Origin: Paragordius varius | Lineage: Eukaryota; Animalia; Nematomorpha | DNA: 64,000 nt | Direction: 5' to 3' | Assembly: GCA_964247055.1 (NCBI GenBank) | Contig: OZ176050.1 | Span: 6,510,001 to 6,574,000 of the forward strand | In this document: positions 1-26,799 of the stretch, one piece after another | How the letters are laid out: each line of letters opens with the position of its first letter | Numbering within the stretch: the stretch's first letter is position 1 | The notes under the pieces: model-generated | Databases searched by the model: none | Seen by the model: the letters and a program-made list of their open reading frames with translations, nothing else | Told to the model about the DNA's origin: nothing | Made by a program: the position numbers and the translations under genes

Positions 1-1030
1 TAAGCCAACATTCATTAGGCTTGAATATGACATATGACTATCGTTTACATTATGCCTCTGTTATGTTGAGATATATTTATATTTCATTATGTGTTAGTGG
101 AATTTAAACTGTTTAAAACGCATATGATGCTATTTATTATCCCATCACTCAAATAATTATGTTTATTGCCTATTTCAATGCATGTGGAAGGGTCGTAGGC
201 TGTGAATATCTGGTTTGTCAGATACTGTGTGACAAGATTCGTTGATTCTATTTACTTTTTAACTTTTTGTCTATTAGGGGCCACTTTTTGTCCACCGACT
301 ATTGGCATTTATTAAATGAGTTTTGTTTAGAGAACATTCATATTTTAAGCTATTAATTATCGGTGGCCTAAGGACTTTTGGTATTTTTTAAGATGCAAAA
401 CTATAAAAAAGCGAAAATTTAACGAATTTATGATGTGTGTTTTGCTATTTTATATTAGTGTCATATCGTCGATCACATATGCCTGATTTTTTGTGACTCC
501 AATAGACGATTTCATTTAGTATAAGTAACGTTTTGGTCTTGTTAAGGCTCCATTCCTTGTATTAATTATCTTCATTATGGTACTGATACTCTTTAAAACA
601 AGATTTTCGCGTCGATAACGTTATGGTAAAACAAATCAATTTAATTAACGAATTGTAAAATCGCTGCCATTACAAGTTAAATTAGTAACATTTTTAAATA
701 ACATTATTTAATTATGGTACCTATGCAAATTTATAAATATCTTATATTATAAAATATATACTTTTATGTTAAATTAAGATTTGAACAAAAAGTCATCATA
801 AAAATTACCTTATTTTATGGGTGGTCTAATTTGTCGACAAACAATGTTATTTAATAAATAATATTTAAGTTCAGTTAGTATTGGCTAAAATCCGATATAA
901 ATTGATTTCGTAAGATGGGTTATTATCACTAAATTTGTTACAAGCCCACAGAGGAACGTGAACGATGTTTTACAAATAATTCATAAATATATAATTTGAA
1001 AACATAAAGTTTGTTTTGTAATTCAAATAG

Positions 1031-1618
1031 AAAGAAAGATTAGTATGTCGAAAAACGGATTCTTCAGATGCTATCAAACGCCGCTTAGAAACAGCTTATA
1101 ATGAAATCGAATATGGTATTATTTATTAATTTCAGTCTTTTACTACTTTTCAAAATTATTATATATTATGGTTTGGCTTCCATTGCATTTATTGTTTGTG
1201 AAATTTGGTTGGTAATTATAATTTATTTCGTTTTTTCTCAAAAAGCTACAATCCCTTTTCTATATTATTAATTCTTTACTTATTGTATTATTTAAATGAA
1301 AACTAATTCGTTATAAAATTTATATTTTTGATATTTAGCCAAAACAAAAGGAAATTTCGATTACATTATTACGAATGATGATTTTGATCGGGCATATTCC
1401 CAATTTTTGAGCATAATCAAACCAGTATATATCTATTTTTTTAATTATTTAATTATTTATATGACAATTTTATATTTTCGTAAATATTAAATAATTGAAT
1501 GTTTTAAAAGAAAAATTTGGGGAGAATTTTTTTTCACTAATGAGGTTAAATTTTATAATTGCCCACTAACAAAATTTAAATAAATAAAACAACTTTTTTT
1601 GCCATGCAGATCCTCTAA
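1031..1618 (+). CDS. GUK1: Guanylate kinase, 3' portion only (exons 1031-1115, 1339-1424, probable last exon 1610-1618); 5' exons not found in the window
   Basis: Hand-spliced translation KERLVCRKTDSSDAIKRRLETAYNEIEY/AKTKGNFDYIITNDDFDRAYSQFLSIIKP/IL* matches the C-terminal motifs of guanylate kinases (RLxxRxT...RRL...FDxxIxNDxLDxAY). GT-AG junctions keep the frame. The last exon is tentative. Confidence 0.8.
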
Positions 1619-1978
1619 ACAAACATAATACACACATCTTGTACAAAAGCAGAATACTCACATTTGATATATGGTTTTTAGACATTATTCCATAACGCAC
1701 CGAATTCTCACAAATTTTATATGTGTAGTTTTTTTTATTAGCTAATAATTATTGTGCCAATCATAAATTATTCAAATAAATATGGAATAATACCAAGTAT
1801 AAGTAGAGATTTTTGATGAATGTATGTGTGCATAAATAAATAAATTGTCATACTATTGAGCAAATTCGCTAGCTATCTGCTAAATAAAAATAAAATTGGC
1901 TATTATTACATAAAATATATTATGGAATTAATTAAAAATGAGAGATAAAAAAACATAACGTATTTATTAAAAATGGCT

Positions 1979-4900
1979 TCATGTAGCATCATTGTGGTCA
2001 GGTAAGGTTGGTAGTCGGGGAGTACTAGTTCCAGTCTCAGACAATTTTATAGCGCTTAGAGAAGTGAAAAACTTTTGTTTCAAAGGCTTACGATTCCGAT
2101 CATAACCAGGTAAAAATGTTGGTTGTTTTTTAGTCATGTTGGGTAGGGGCCATTGTCCTGATACAGCGTGCTGCAGCATGCTTTGTTCCGAACCCCGCCG
2201 AGCCAATTTTATTTCACTCTGCGCATGTGTCATCTTTTTATTTCCCTCCGTACCCAGTGAAATATGATCGCAAAGTTTAGTCTTGCTTTTAGTCTTATTA
2301 CAATTTTGTAATGCCGTAGTTGATGAACCGTATGTAGGCAATATCCTGGATAATGATAAATTTTTTGTGGAAACGTTCAGTGCAAACTCATTGGGTGGAT
2401 AATAAAATACGGATGAATCCAAATCATCCGTTTCACCCTGATTATTATCTAGAGTCTTGTCATACGACGGTTTATTATCAATCAATGGCATATTGTATTC
2501 CAAAGTTGATACCGGTTGGTTTAATTCACTCCCAGCGATTTCTGAATTCAATCCATTGGGTAACGGCTGCAAAACATTGTTGACAGAACTGCTAACGTTT
2601 GTCAAATTTCTACTAATACTACTAGGCCTGGACAAATGATAACTATATAAATTTATTTTCTTTTTGTGCTTAAGGTAACCGAAAATCATTATGGCAACGG
2701 GGATGACGGAAAAAACTCCAATTAGTATGAAAAAGTCACGGAAATTTACATGTTTCGCAGGGATACTTTGTAGGTTGACTTTATTATTATTAACGTCTAC
2801 CGTGGTCAACATTGTAGTACTCACATTTTTAATGTGTGATGAGCTTGGATATGATTTAACAAAATGTGTAACATTTAATGGGGTGAGATCATTCATACTG
2901 TTATCATAATGTTTACTACTCAGATCTAAAATCAATCCCACTATCGGGCCCTCCAAAAATGTACCCAATGAACCAAAACCATTGACTAGTCCTATAATGG
3001 CTGACGGAGATTCGGCCTTAAAGCATGAAGCTATAAAGAGTGGAATGGACGAAGACAAGAGATTATCACATCCTCCATTCATAATACCTGGACATTAAAA
3101 AATGTATTACCATCCTTGTAAAAATAACATAGACAACGGGTTTTTAACAATCCTAAATTTGAAAAAAAAATAATTAAAATCTAGGTTGACATATGTGGTC
3201 GTTGTATGGAGGCTGACCGATGTTAAAACGTTTATTAATTTAAAATAGTGCATCTAATTTTTCCATAATTATTTTACAATTATTTCCGAAAAACTAAAAG
3301 ATATTTTATTATCAACCATGCCATTTTTAGTGGACAAAGTTTATAATATATTCAAAAACAAATGTTTAACAAAAAGTCGCGATGCGTGACAATCAAATAA
3401 TAAAAAGGCTTTATAAATAAGATCCAAATTTTATACCTGAAAGGAGGAGAAAAAATGCATTAATTAGCCAATGATATCCATTTTCAGTTGTCAATATAAA
3501 ACCACCGATTGTCAGGACATGTATGAGCAAGAATATAATAATTCCGATAAATTGTTGCTTTTTGAAAACGCTAGAGATAGAAAAACGTGGATATAGAATT
3601 TTATAAAATATTAATTTGCATATAATAAAAAATTACTTGTCTAACAAAAGTCCCAATATAATTGATCCAATTACGCCACCAACTTCAAAAACAGCGGACA
3701 TATTCCCAGCACTGGTTGAGGACAAATTATTCTATTTAATTAATACAACAATAAATATATAAAACTGTTTTGATAAAAATGAAATGGCAATGATGCAACA
3801 CCCCTCGTCAATAAGCTCATAAAAATGAACTACCATAACATAAGTACTTTGAACATTTTGTAATTAGTATTTTATCAATAATATTATTTTTTATTTTAGT
3901 TCTTCCATCAAGAAAGATATTACCATGTAATTAATAAATTTTACAAGAACTCAAATTATTATCTAACTAAAAAATACAAATTGTTTAAAATAAGCTTATA
4001 TAAGATTGAAACTATAATGTATTTTTACAGTTTATTCGGAAAGATTTATTTTTATAACTATAGCTAATTCGAATGATATAGATTTTTTTTATTTTATCCA
4101 AAGCATTTTTAAATATAAAAAAATGATATAATTAAATTTTTTGATTTTTTTTAATGTTAAAACCCTATCCATAAAATTTTAACTAATTATGGATTTGTCG
4201 GGTATATGTGTTAAATTCTTTGCAAAATAATCCATGCCATCATTTATATTGCGCATTAAAACAATTTTAAACATGATAGAAAACAAAATAATCTGCGACT
4301 TATTTATAATATCCACGCTAAAAAATTTGTAGAAAAAACTATTTGGATCCAAAATAGTATGTTAAGTTTTGTGTGCTAATAAGAATGCTAATAAATAAAT
4401 TTATACAATAATAATTAATATACCTTTTTCTCAAGTAAAAATGGTAGCCACATGTAAAAAATATATCGAATCATTTTCAATGAAAACATTGCAATAGAAA
4501 CTTGGGATACTAGTCTATAAAATAAATAATATACCATTTACAATTCAACTTCACCCTTCCGTTCAAATTTATCCATGATTAAAAATTACTCATATTTTTA
4601 TATATATATTTTTTTTTAAAAAAAATTTGTCTAAATTTAAAATATAACAGAAAAAATAATAATAAACTGTGCCATAGAGATATATTTCATATTAATAATG
4701 AGTTATATTAGTTCGAAAAGACATTATTTATTCTTAGGGTGAATTTGAATTGTTCGAGGGTAAATTTGACTTGTTCAAGGGTGAATTTGAACTGTAAATG
4801 ATATATAATTAAATTTAATGGAAATTGTCCCTTTTAAATATATTTGGTTAAGGTTCTGATTTGGGTTGATCAATAAACGATTCTAATTTCTGTTTTAAGT

Positions 4901-7900
4901 GGTTCCCAAACAAATTCTAAAAACAGTTAATCTGGCCAAAATATTTAAAAATTACCGAGCATAAGGTTTCCCCATAATGAAGAAATCAATATTAAGCAAT
5001 AATATTCACATTATAAATTAATATATTTATAAATATCAATTTGATTAAAAATTCAACATCCAAAATTATTAAATATTGAATTTCACTGTAAGATAATTTA
5101 AATTAATGTTTTACTTATAATTCTGCAAACATTATCATAACATTATACAGTATATGATACGAATATACCAAAATTTATAAACAATTTTTGTTCGACAATT
5201 TATCTTTTCAAATAACAATATTTAATTCAAAAAATATTTAACATAACGGTCTATACTAACATAGGATGTGATTTATTATATATAATTTCAAGCTAAACTA
5301 AAAGTTTCTTAGCCCTAATTTCCGATTATAACGTGGTATTTTATCAAAATCATAGGTTAATTTTGTAAATATCTATGTTCTTTTCTTTATTTTTGTAAAA
5401 AAGTAAAAAAAATTACACTTTTGTTCCTATTAATTAATTTACAAAAAAACGCTAAAAGAGGGTTTTGCGTATTATTTTTGGAAAACATTTAAACGAGGCC
5501 TCCGATAAACAAACGACAGGAACCTCTAGGCTTTAAAATTAATCCCGTTTTTTATTTTTTATTATAAAGCGTAAAAAGTGGTTTATTTAAAAATAAAATA
5601 ATACGATTTAAGCTGTGATTCTCTTTAATTTATCATTAATCGGTTCAAGTTCCACCTGCTTTAAATAAAACATTTTTTAGAAAGGTAAAATTATTACGGA
5701 ACTTTCCAGAAAATACTAAGCGAGGTTTTGATATGTTTGCCGAACGATGAACAAATTTTCCGGGCCTTTGGAGCATGATTGGAAGCTAAATATTCCAAAT
5801 TTTAAAACATGAATTAAAGAAGAATGTAATAAATCAGTTGTGTCCACTAAAAAGTTAAAGGACGAAGTTAGTATACGTTTATAAGATGTAGCATATCATT
5901 TACGTATATGAAAATAAAACTAACCAAAAAAATATTGTAATATACCATTTACAGTTCAAATTCACCCTTGAACAATTCAAATTCACCCTCGAACAATTCA
6001 AATTCACCCTTAAACAATTCAAATTCACCCTCGAACAATTCAAATTCACCCTATAAATAAATTATGTGTTTTCGAACTAATATAACTAATTATTATTATA
6101 AAATATATGTTTATGGCATAATTAATTATTTTTTTCAGTATTATTTTAATTTAAAACAAAATTTTATTTTTTAAAAATATATTAAAATATAGGTAATTTT
6201 AAATCTTAAAAAAACATGATATTTATTTGAGGGTGAATTTGAATTGTTCAAAGGTGAATTTGAATTGTTTAAGGGTGAATTTGAATTGTTTAAGGGTGAA
6301 TTTGAACTGTAAATGGTATATCCCAGATTGAAAAATTTACACACTATCAATGTTTTATATTTCTTAAATTTATTTTCATTGGATCACACGTAATTAATCA
6401 CATTAGTTATATGTGATCATGTGGACCCTTAATTAAAAGACTTATTAAGTTCGAACTAATTCATAAAGACATTTACAATTTAATTATTTAATAAATTCTA
6501 TATGGAGCCAAATTAAAGTACCGATACAAATTATAATGGTTCAAATGTCGCATGCAATCTAACATTTTTAACACAAAAGATTACCCGTCTCAACACATTA
6601 ATATTTCACAGATATCGACGATAAATATCTAATTTCAAGATAAAAACACTTTTTAGTTATGTAACAACACCACCTTCAGCTTCAAGAGAGCTATGTTTAA
6701 ATACATATAGATGCTGTTAATTTTATATTTAAAGACAAAATTAATAAAAATTAATTGTCATACATCATTTAAATCTAATATTTTTCGACAGAAAGATATA
6801 TGTAAAACAATATACACCTTTTCCTTGCGATCGTTTTTCCATAGATGAAATTTGATAAGTTTTTAAGAGTTTTGCCAATTTGCATTTGTAGAATATGAGT
6901 ATGGCAAAACCTGAGAATATCTAGAGATAAAAAAAACATACTTTTTTAATTAAGCAGCATGTTAATTTCAGCAATTTTAATTTCTTATATTGTGAATGTC
7001 CTTAATGGACCACAACAGGGATCTCTGTCAGAATATATGATGGGTGTTAAAGGATTGTTTAGATTTTGCTCCATACATTTTTGCCATATGGATTTAATTA
7101 ATTCTGGTTATTAATATTTTTTATACATTTAATCGTTGGTATATCTTTTTGTTATTATTGTAAAGTTTTATATGTTTAAAAATTTTATAATTTTGGATTT
7201 CCTTATCCAATTTATCGGCAGTATCTTTAGCCTTATCATTCATTAAGTTATTTATTTCCTTTTGTACCTTTTTGTTGTTTTTATAATACTCAGTTATGTC
7301 GTATTCTCTTTTCAATTTCTTCCATTTTTATATAATCGCGCCTTTTCTTTAAGTAGTGGTTTAATTGCATCGTCCCACCACCATTCCTTTTGGGCTTTGC
7401 TCTTTCTTCTACCACACCATTTTTCTTCACTTTCAATCGTATTGCTTCTTAGACTTTGCCAGGAATCTTCAACGATTAGATAATCAATGTTTAAGTTAAG
7501 CGTTGTGTATATTATGTTTAGGTTTGGTTTTATGATTGAAAGGCCTTGAATTAAATTTAAAAATAGATGTTTTTATGCTGTGTTTCCGAATTATAAGTGG
7601 TTGTATTTACCATATATTTTCGAGTGTGTTAGCTAGTTAGGATGTAGTCTATTGTTGTATTATTATTGCCAGAAGTGTATGTAATCAGTTTATTTTTGCT
7701 TTTGGTGAACAGAGTGTTTGCTAATTGTAATCGCTGAGCTGTACAAAATTATAAAACATTTTCTCCTTCTTTGTCCCGATTGCCAAAGTTGTATCCTCCA
7801 TGTATACCAGAAAAGCCTTCGCTGCTTCCAACATGAGCATTTAGGTCTCCTCCAATCATTATACAGTCTGTTTCGGGTATATTGGGATATATTTGTTAGA

Positions 7901-10900
7901 GCTGATCCCAAAAATCCAGCTTGCATTTATCGGGCAAGCCTTTTTGGGGTGTATATACGGAAATAACATTGAGGATCAATTTGTTGTATATCATTCTACC
8001 TTGAATAATCCTATCACTGTGACGGGTCACGGTGATTAGGTTTTGTCGATGTGTATCTTTCATCAGTATAGCGACGCCAAATTGTCCTTTGTTCCCACCT
8101 TGGTATAGTAATGAATATCCAAAAGTGTTTTATACCTGCATTTTTATATCGAGTTTCTTGTAAACAGCATATGCTTAAATCTAAGTTTCGCAATGTATCT
8201 AATACCAGCCATTGCTTATTAACCATTGTTCCAACATTCCAAGAGCCAATTTTAAATGGTTTCGATATAGATTTGAAGTTTTTATTCAGATTTTTGTATC
8301 TCATTTTATTTTTGGTTGTTCATTTGTACCTGGTTTATTTATTATTGTTTTTGAACTATTATTCACCCATCATAAATTTTGACAGAGATCCCTGTTGTGG
8401 TCCATTAAGGACATTCACAATACAAGAAATCGAAATTGCCTTAGACCAAATAAAATCAAACAAGGCTTAGGGCCCTTGTGAACTATGTTTTGATATCATA
8501 AAATTAATACGCAATATTTCCATGCTTTTAACAAATTTATTAAACAAAATAATAGTTAAAATGAAAATACCCAGAGACTGGGAAAAAAGCATTATATTTC
8601 CCATCTTCAAAAATAAAGGAGATATCCTAACCTGTTCCTCATACAGGCCCTTAAAACTTCTTGAACATGGGTTAATTTTTGAAATGTGCCATCGCCCAGC
8701 TCATATCAATTAATCCAATGCAATTCGACTTTTCAGCGGGTAAAAGCACAATCGATCCAATTTTCTTACTCATACAATTACAAGATAAATACCGAGCAAA
8801 GCTTAAACTATTCCACCTTTTTGTCGATTTAGAAAAGGCTTACGACTCAGTACCTAGAGCATTAATAATAGAATCACTGCGCTACAACAACGTAGATGAA
8901 AATACCATTAAATTAATTATGTTAATCTACACTAACTCAATCAGTTGTTCTTAAACCTGTTGGAATTCAGAGTATTTTAGTATTAATACTAAGCTGCATC
9001 AGGGGCCTGTCCTAAGCCCACTTCTTTTTATATCTATATTTGACTACATCACAAAGGATATTAGAGAAGGTTTACCATATGAAACTCTATACGCAGACGA
9101 CCTTATATTTACTGCAGAAGATATTCCAAAAAACGAAAATAAATATCCATGGTTAATTAGATAAACACGGTCTTAAAATACAAACAAAACCAAAATTCTA
9201 ATCACAGGTTATGAGCATAAAACTATCAAAATTCCATGCCCAGTGTGCACCACGAGGTAAAATTAAACTCACTTTTTTGTACAAAATGCAGGAATAGGAT
9301 CCATAAATAATGTTCCAACATAAAAGGAAAGTTAATTAATAATAATAATTTTATTTGCACACCATGATCTTTATCGATACCACTGCCATTATCAAATCCG
9401 CGTACTTTAAACTTTATTGTAGACAAACTAGAAGTTGTAATATCTTTTCCATATATGGGCGATTATATAGCATCTGATGGTTCTTTGAGGGATGCCATTT
9501 CTCATAGAATTAGACAAGGATGGGCCAAATTCATTCAATTAAAATATATTTTAACTAATAAAAATATCAAATCGAATCATAAGATAAAGATTTACAAAAT
9601 GGGAATAATACCAGCTATGACATACGCTACAGAAACCTGGGCCCTTATATCAACAGACTTAAATAGACTTACTAGATCTGAAAATCACATGCTAAAAAAC
9701 TGCAACAATAATTTTGATAATACCATAAAAAAAGAACCCATAGCTCTGTTCATTCAGCGCAACCGATTGAGATATTACGGGCATGCTCAACGTATATATT
9801 CCGATAACTGGGTACAAAAAATACAACATTTAAACATACCCGGCCCAAACAGAAAAGGCCGCCCTAAACTCACATGGTCCAAACAGCTGACCCAAGATCT
9901 CTTACAATTCAATATTGAACACGAACAAGTCTTTGACAGAACATTGTTCAGAAAGTTAGTGCATGGAAGCCCCGGATACGCTGGGACCTAAAACAAATGG
10001 ATGGATGGATGGTAATTTCAGCGAAATAACCGTAACCAAAATTTTTCATAACTTAATCTGCTAAAAAACTGTATAGTATTTTTAAAAAAAACCGTAAAAA
10101 TTAAAAGACATGCAAATAGTTCTTTCAGAGCAGCCATAAATAAAAGTGTGCGTTGTCTAAAAATGTGTTATATACTGCGAAAGTTATAATCATTTAGTAA
10201 TCTCCCGCACAAATCAAATGAAATTAAGAAATCCTTAATAAAACAAACCATTGAGTAGCATTACAAATTTAAATTTTAAAAAATCAATAGATGTTATAAG
10301 TGTTTTTTTATAATTAAATTGATAAAAAAATATAAAGAAGCGAATTTCAATTTATGTATTGAAAATAAAAAATCATATTCTCCGATTTAAGGGATAAAAA
10401 ATTAAAAAAATTTTGGGCAATATTTAAATGTATTTAAAAAATATTACTATTATGACTGAAGGAATCGGGAAGACCCATCGCCATGAATATTTGTCTCTGA
10501 TGTAAACCTAGGATGTATAATCATTTACAAAAATTATAAATATATGTTGTTTTTCAAATAAAATAGGGAAATACTGAAAATATGGTACCCAGAGTACCAC
10601 CAGCAAAAGTCGAAGTTCCGAACACACCTAAAATGAGATTTTTGTTTTTGGATTTGGAAAACGAAATCGATACAATTTTTATGGAGAGAGGCCAACAAAA
10701 AGCCTATTCAATCATATAAGATATAAACTTGAAAAGTCCCATTCAAAAATAATAGAATAAACATTGAATATAATTGATCCAAAGGTCCAATAAATAATGT
10801 GGATATGCCCGCACAAATGATGGAAGCAGAAAGCAATTTACATGGATCAATCGAATCCCCTAAATTTCCTAACAATATCTAGAATTTAGAAATAAATCCA

Positions 10901-11119
10901 CTTGAAAAAGAGCATAGGGTAGTAGCAAAGCCGAATCGAGTGAACCAATAATTATTCGACTATACCCAAAAGTATTTTCCAAATTTATTTTTATCTGTTG
11001 AAAAATAAAAAAAATTTTACTATTCCAAGGGGTTTTCGCGTAAAATAGACAAAACAATATCCTAGCCATAAAAATACAAAGCTCAAATTTTTGACCGAAA
11101 ATACGCTTTGAGCATGCAT
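1979..11119 (-). CDS. MFS transporter, organophosphate:Pi antiporter (SLC37/GlpT-like) family. Exons 11119-11021, 10994-10902, 10878-10729, 10703-10575, 10507-10448, 6920-6818, unresolved exon(s) near 6.55-6.72 kb, 4514-4424 (frameshifted), 3731-3637, 3570-3437, 3087-1979
   Basis: Spliced translation gives WLGYCFVYFTRKPLGI/IKINL...LDSALLLPYALFQ/ILLGNLGD, AFCWP...GVFGTSTFAGG, FSLKMIRYIFYMW, SAVFEVGGVIGS and IIGLVNGFGSLGTFLEGPIVG, which are family-typical TM motifs. The middle of the gene could not be joined cleanly. Confidence 0.8.
4532..4803. mobile_element. MITE family 1, copy A (TA TSD, TACCATTTACAG-type termini, 21-bp subterminal repeats), reversed relative to copy B
   Basis: Ends TA|TACCATTTACAATTCAACTTCACCC and GGGTGAATTTGAACTGTAAATGATA|TA. 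The interior is the reverse complement of copy B. Confidence 0.8.
5943..6318. mobile_element. MITE family 1, copy B
   Basis: Perfect outer TIR TACCATTTACAGTTCAAATTCACCCTT, TA on both sides, and 4-5 tandem copies of TTGAACAATTCAAATTCACCC in each arm. Confidence 0.9.
6973..10012. mobile_element. RTE-like non-LTR retrotransposon, near full length, decayed. The 5' half is inverted (endonuclease on -, about 6973-8360); RT, PHD and C-terminus are on + (about 8364-10012)
   Basis: APE motifs FKIGSWNVG, CCLQETR, DLNAHVG and TIDYIL on -. RT motifs FVDLEKAYD, HQGPVLSPLLF and LYADDL plus C-terminal GRPKLTW on +. (ATGG)4 tail at 9997-10012. 10-bp TSD TAATTTCAGC at 6963-6972 and 10013-10022. Confidence 0.9.
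10704..11020 (-). other. Three micro-introns of the MFS gene: 10995-11020 (26 nt), 10879-10901 (23 nt), 10704-10728 (25 nt)
   Basis: GTAAAATTTTTTTTATTTTTCAACAG, GTGGATTTATTTCTAAATTCTAG and GTTTATATCTTATATGATTGAATAG. Removing each restores the transporter frame; none is a multiple of 3. Confidence 0.85.
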
Positions 11120-11179
11120 AATTAACGCATACCAAAAACCTTTTACTGTTTAATTTTAGCGCATTCAAACAAAAAGCAG
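11120..11179. promoter_or_regulatory. Putative bidirectional promoter/5' UTR spacer (60 nt) between the MFS and SMC3 start codons
   Basis: Divergent ATGs at 11119 (-) and 11180 (+). Promoter function is inferred from the geometry only. Confidence 0.6.
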
Positions 11180-25134
<13,955 letters not shown>

Positions 25135-26799
25135 TGAGACATGTAATATTAATACACTTTCAGTTTTTGTATATTTATATTTTTAATTAGATCGTAAGAT
25201 ATTACAAAATACATAGTTTACCCCTTTTTTGATATATTGTACATTAGCAAATATTTGCATTGTGATAACTCTGTGTGTTTTTTTAGTATTTTCAAAAACA
25301 TATATTAAATTTTTATACAGTGTAGTTCGTTAGGCATTTATAATTGTTCTATATGTTCGCATTATGAAAAGTTTTAAACCGAAGACAACCAAATAAAATA
25401 AAAAAATACCATTTATTTGGCGCGTAAAAGCCAATTTTTTTGAACCAAATTTAAAAAATTACACATAAATACAAACAATATAAATAATTTTATTTATTTA
25501 TATAAATGATAGGTAACAAAATGTAAGTAGATCATTGACTCAAAATTAATAGCGAAAAATCAGCCAATCGATTCTAATTAAAGGCGATTGATAGAACGCC
25601 TTGATTAAAATATATTTTAAATTTATTTTTTTGCAAAATGGGTTTTTCGATATAGATTAATTTCCCTGATGTTAGCTATTTTAACATTTATTTAATATAT
25701 AAATAAAAGACCATAAGTTTAATGGCGACCTATAGGTTAAAAAAACTTAATGGAATTCCTTGTTTCTTGTCACTTATTGTTAATTTTTTAAAAATGGCAA
25801 ATTAAAAAATTAAATTTTGTAGGTAGATAAATGAATGGCGTTACACCTAGGTCCTAATATAATTTTTAAATTTTGGATATAAATGTTAGCAAAAACTCCA
25901 TGATAACTTTAAAATATTCTATAGTTATAATATTGATTGTGAGTTACATAAAATTCTTATTATTATGTAAAGTAACAATTTCAATTATATTAAATATTTT
26001 AATGTTGAAATCGTTGCCTCTCAGTATCATTAAATTTATTGTGAAGCAGGATTAGTGTTAAAGGGCGGTCTTAAGGCACACACGCACACACCGCGCTAAA
26101 TCTAAGCCGATTGTCCAAATGCCGATTAAACAATATAACCTAATTACAGTAAGAATCCAAAACAGGACATGATACTATCATAAGTAGATAAAACAATGGC
26201 CAAATACCGTGTCACCCTATTACATCACTTTAACTTTTTTTTATATATTTTTAAAAAATTATTTAAAATGAAAAAAGTTTTAACGCGTAATTTATATATA
26301 ACTTTTCTGGGTTATTAATTGTATTAGATAACAATAAGTTATAGTTTTGTTTTATACATGGTTAAAAACGGTCATTTTTAAATGATAAAAGTTTATTTTG
26401 AATGGAAATACTAATAAAGATTTTAAATTGAAAAAAAACAGATAAATACGTGCAATTATGATTAAACTTATGCGCCAAATTGAAAAATTTAAGATCCTAT
26501 TTGAAGGTTAAATAACACCCTTGAATAAATAATAAACTAATCTTAGTATATGTTTAGGACCAGGTGTGTGCATTCATGTTTTAAGCAAAAGAATTCCCAA
26601 TTTTAATCGCAAATAAAAAAAGTGTCTCGCATGCTGGTCGGTCGCGTAATTGAAATGTTATAGAGTGCACAAAATCAGGGCTCACCAGTCAAAACGTTAT
26701 TACCACTTTTGTCGTTGCTCACAGATAAATAAAAAAATTTTGGTCAAAAGTACCTGCTTCATTCGAAAAAATATTAAAATATATCATACTCTATTAAAA

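Noticed and set aside
10869-11168. 99-aa minus-strand ORF and the 77-aa ORF at 11286-11519 as standalone small genes
   Set aside because: They are frame mosaics of MFS and SMC3 exons read through micro-introns.
25830-26580. Imperfect inverted repeat (ACACCT(A)GGTCCTAA) of about 25 bp enclosing about 730 bp
   Set aside because: No clear TSD or second copy; too degenerate to call an element.
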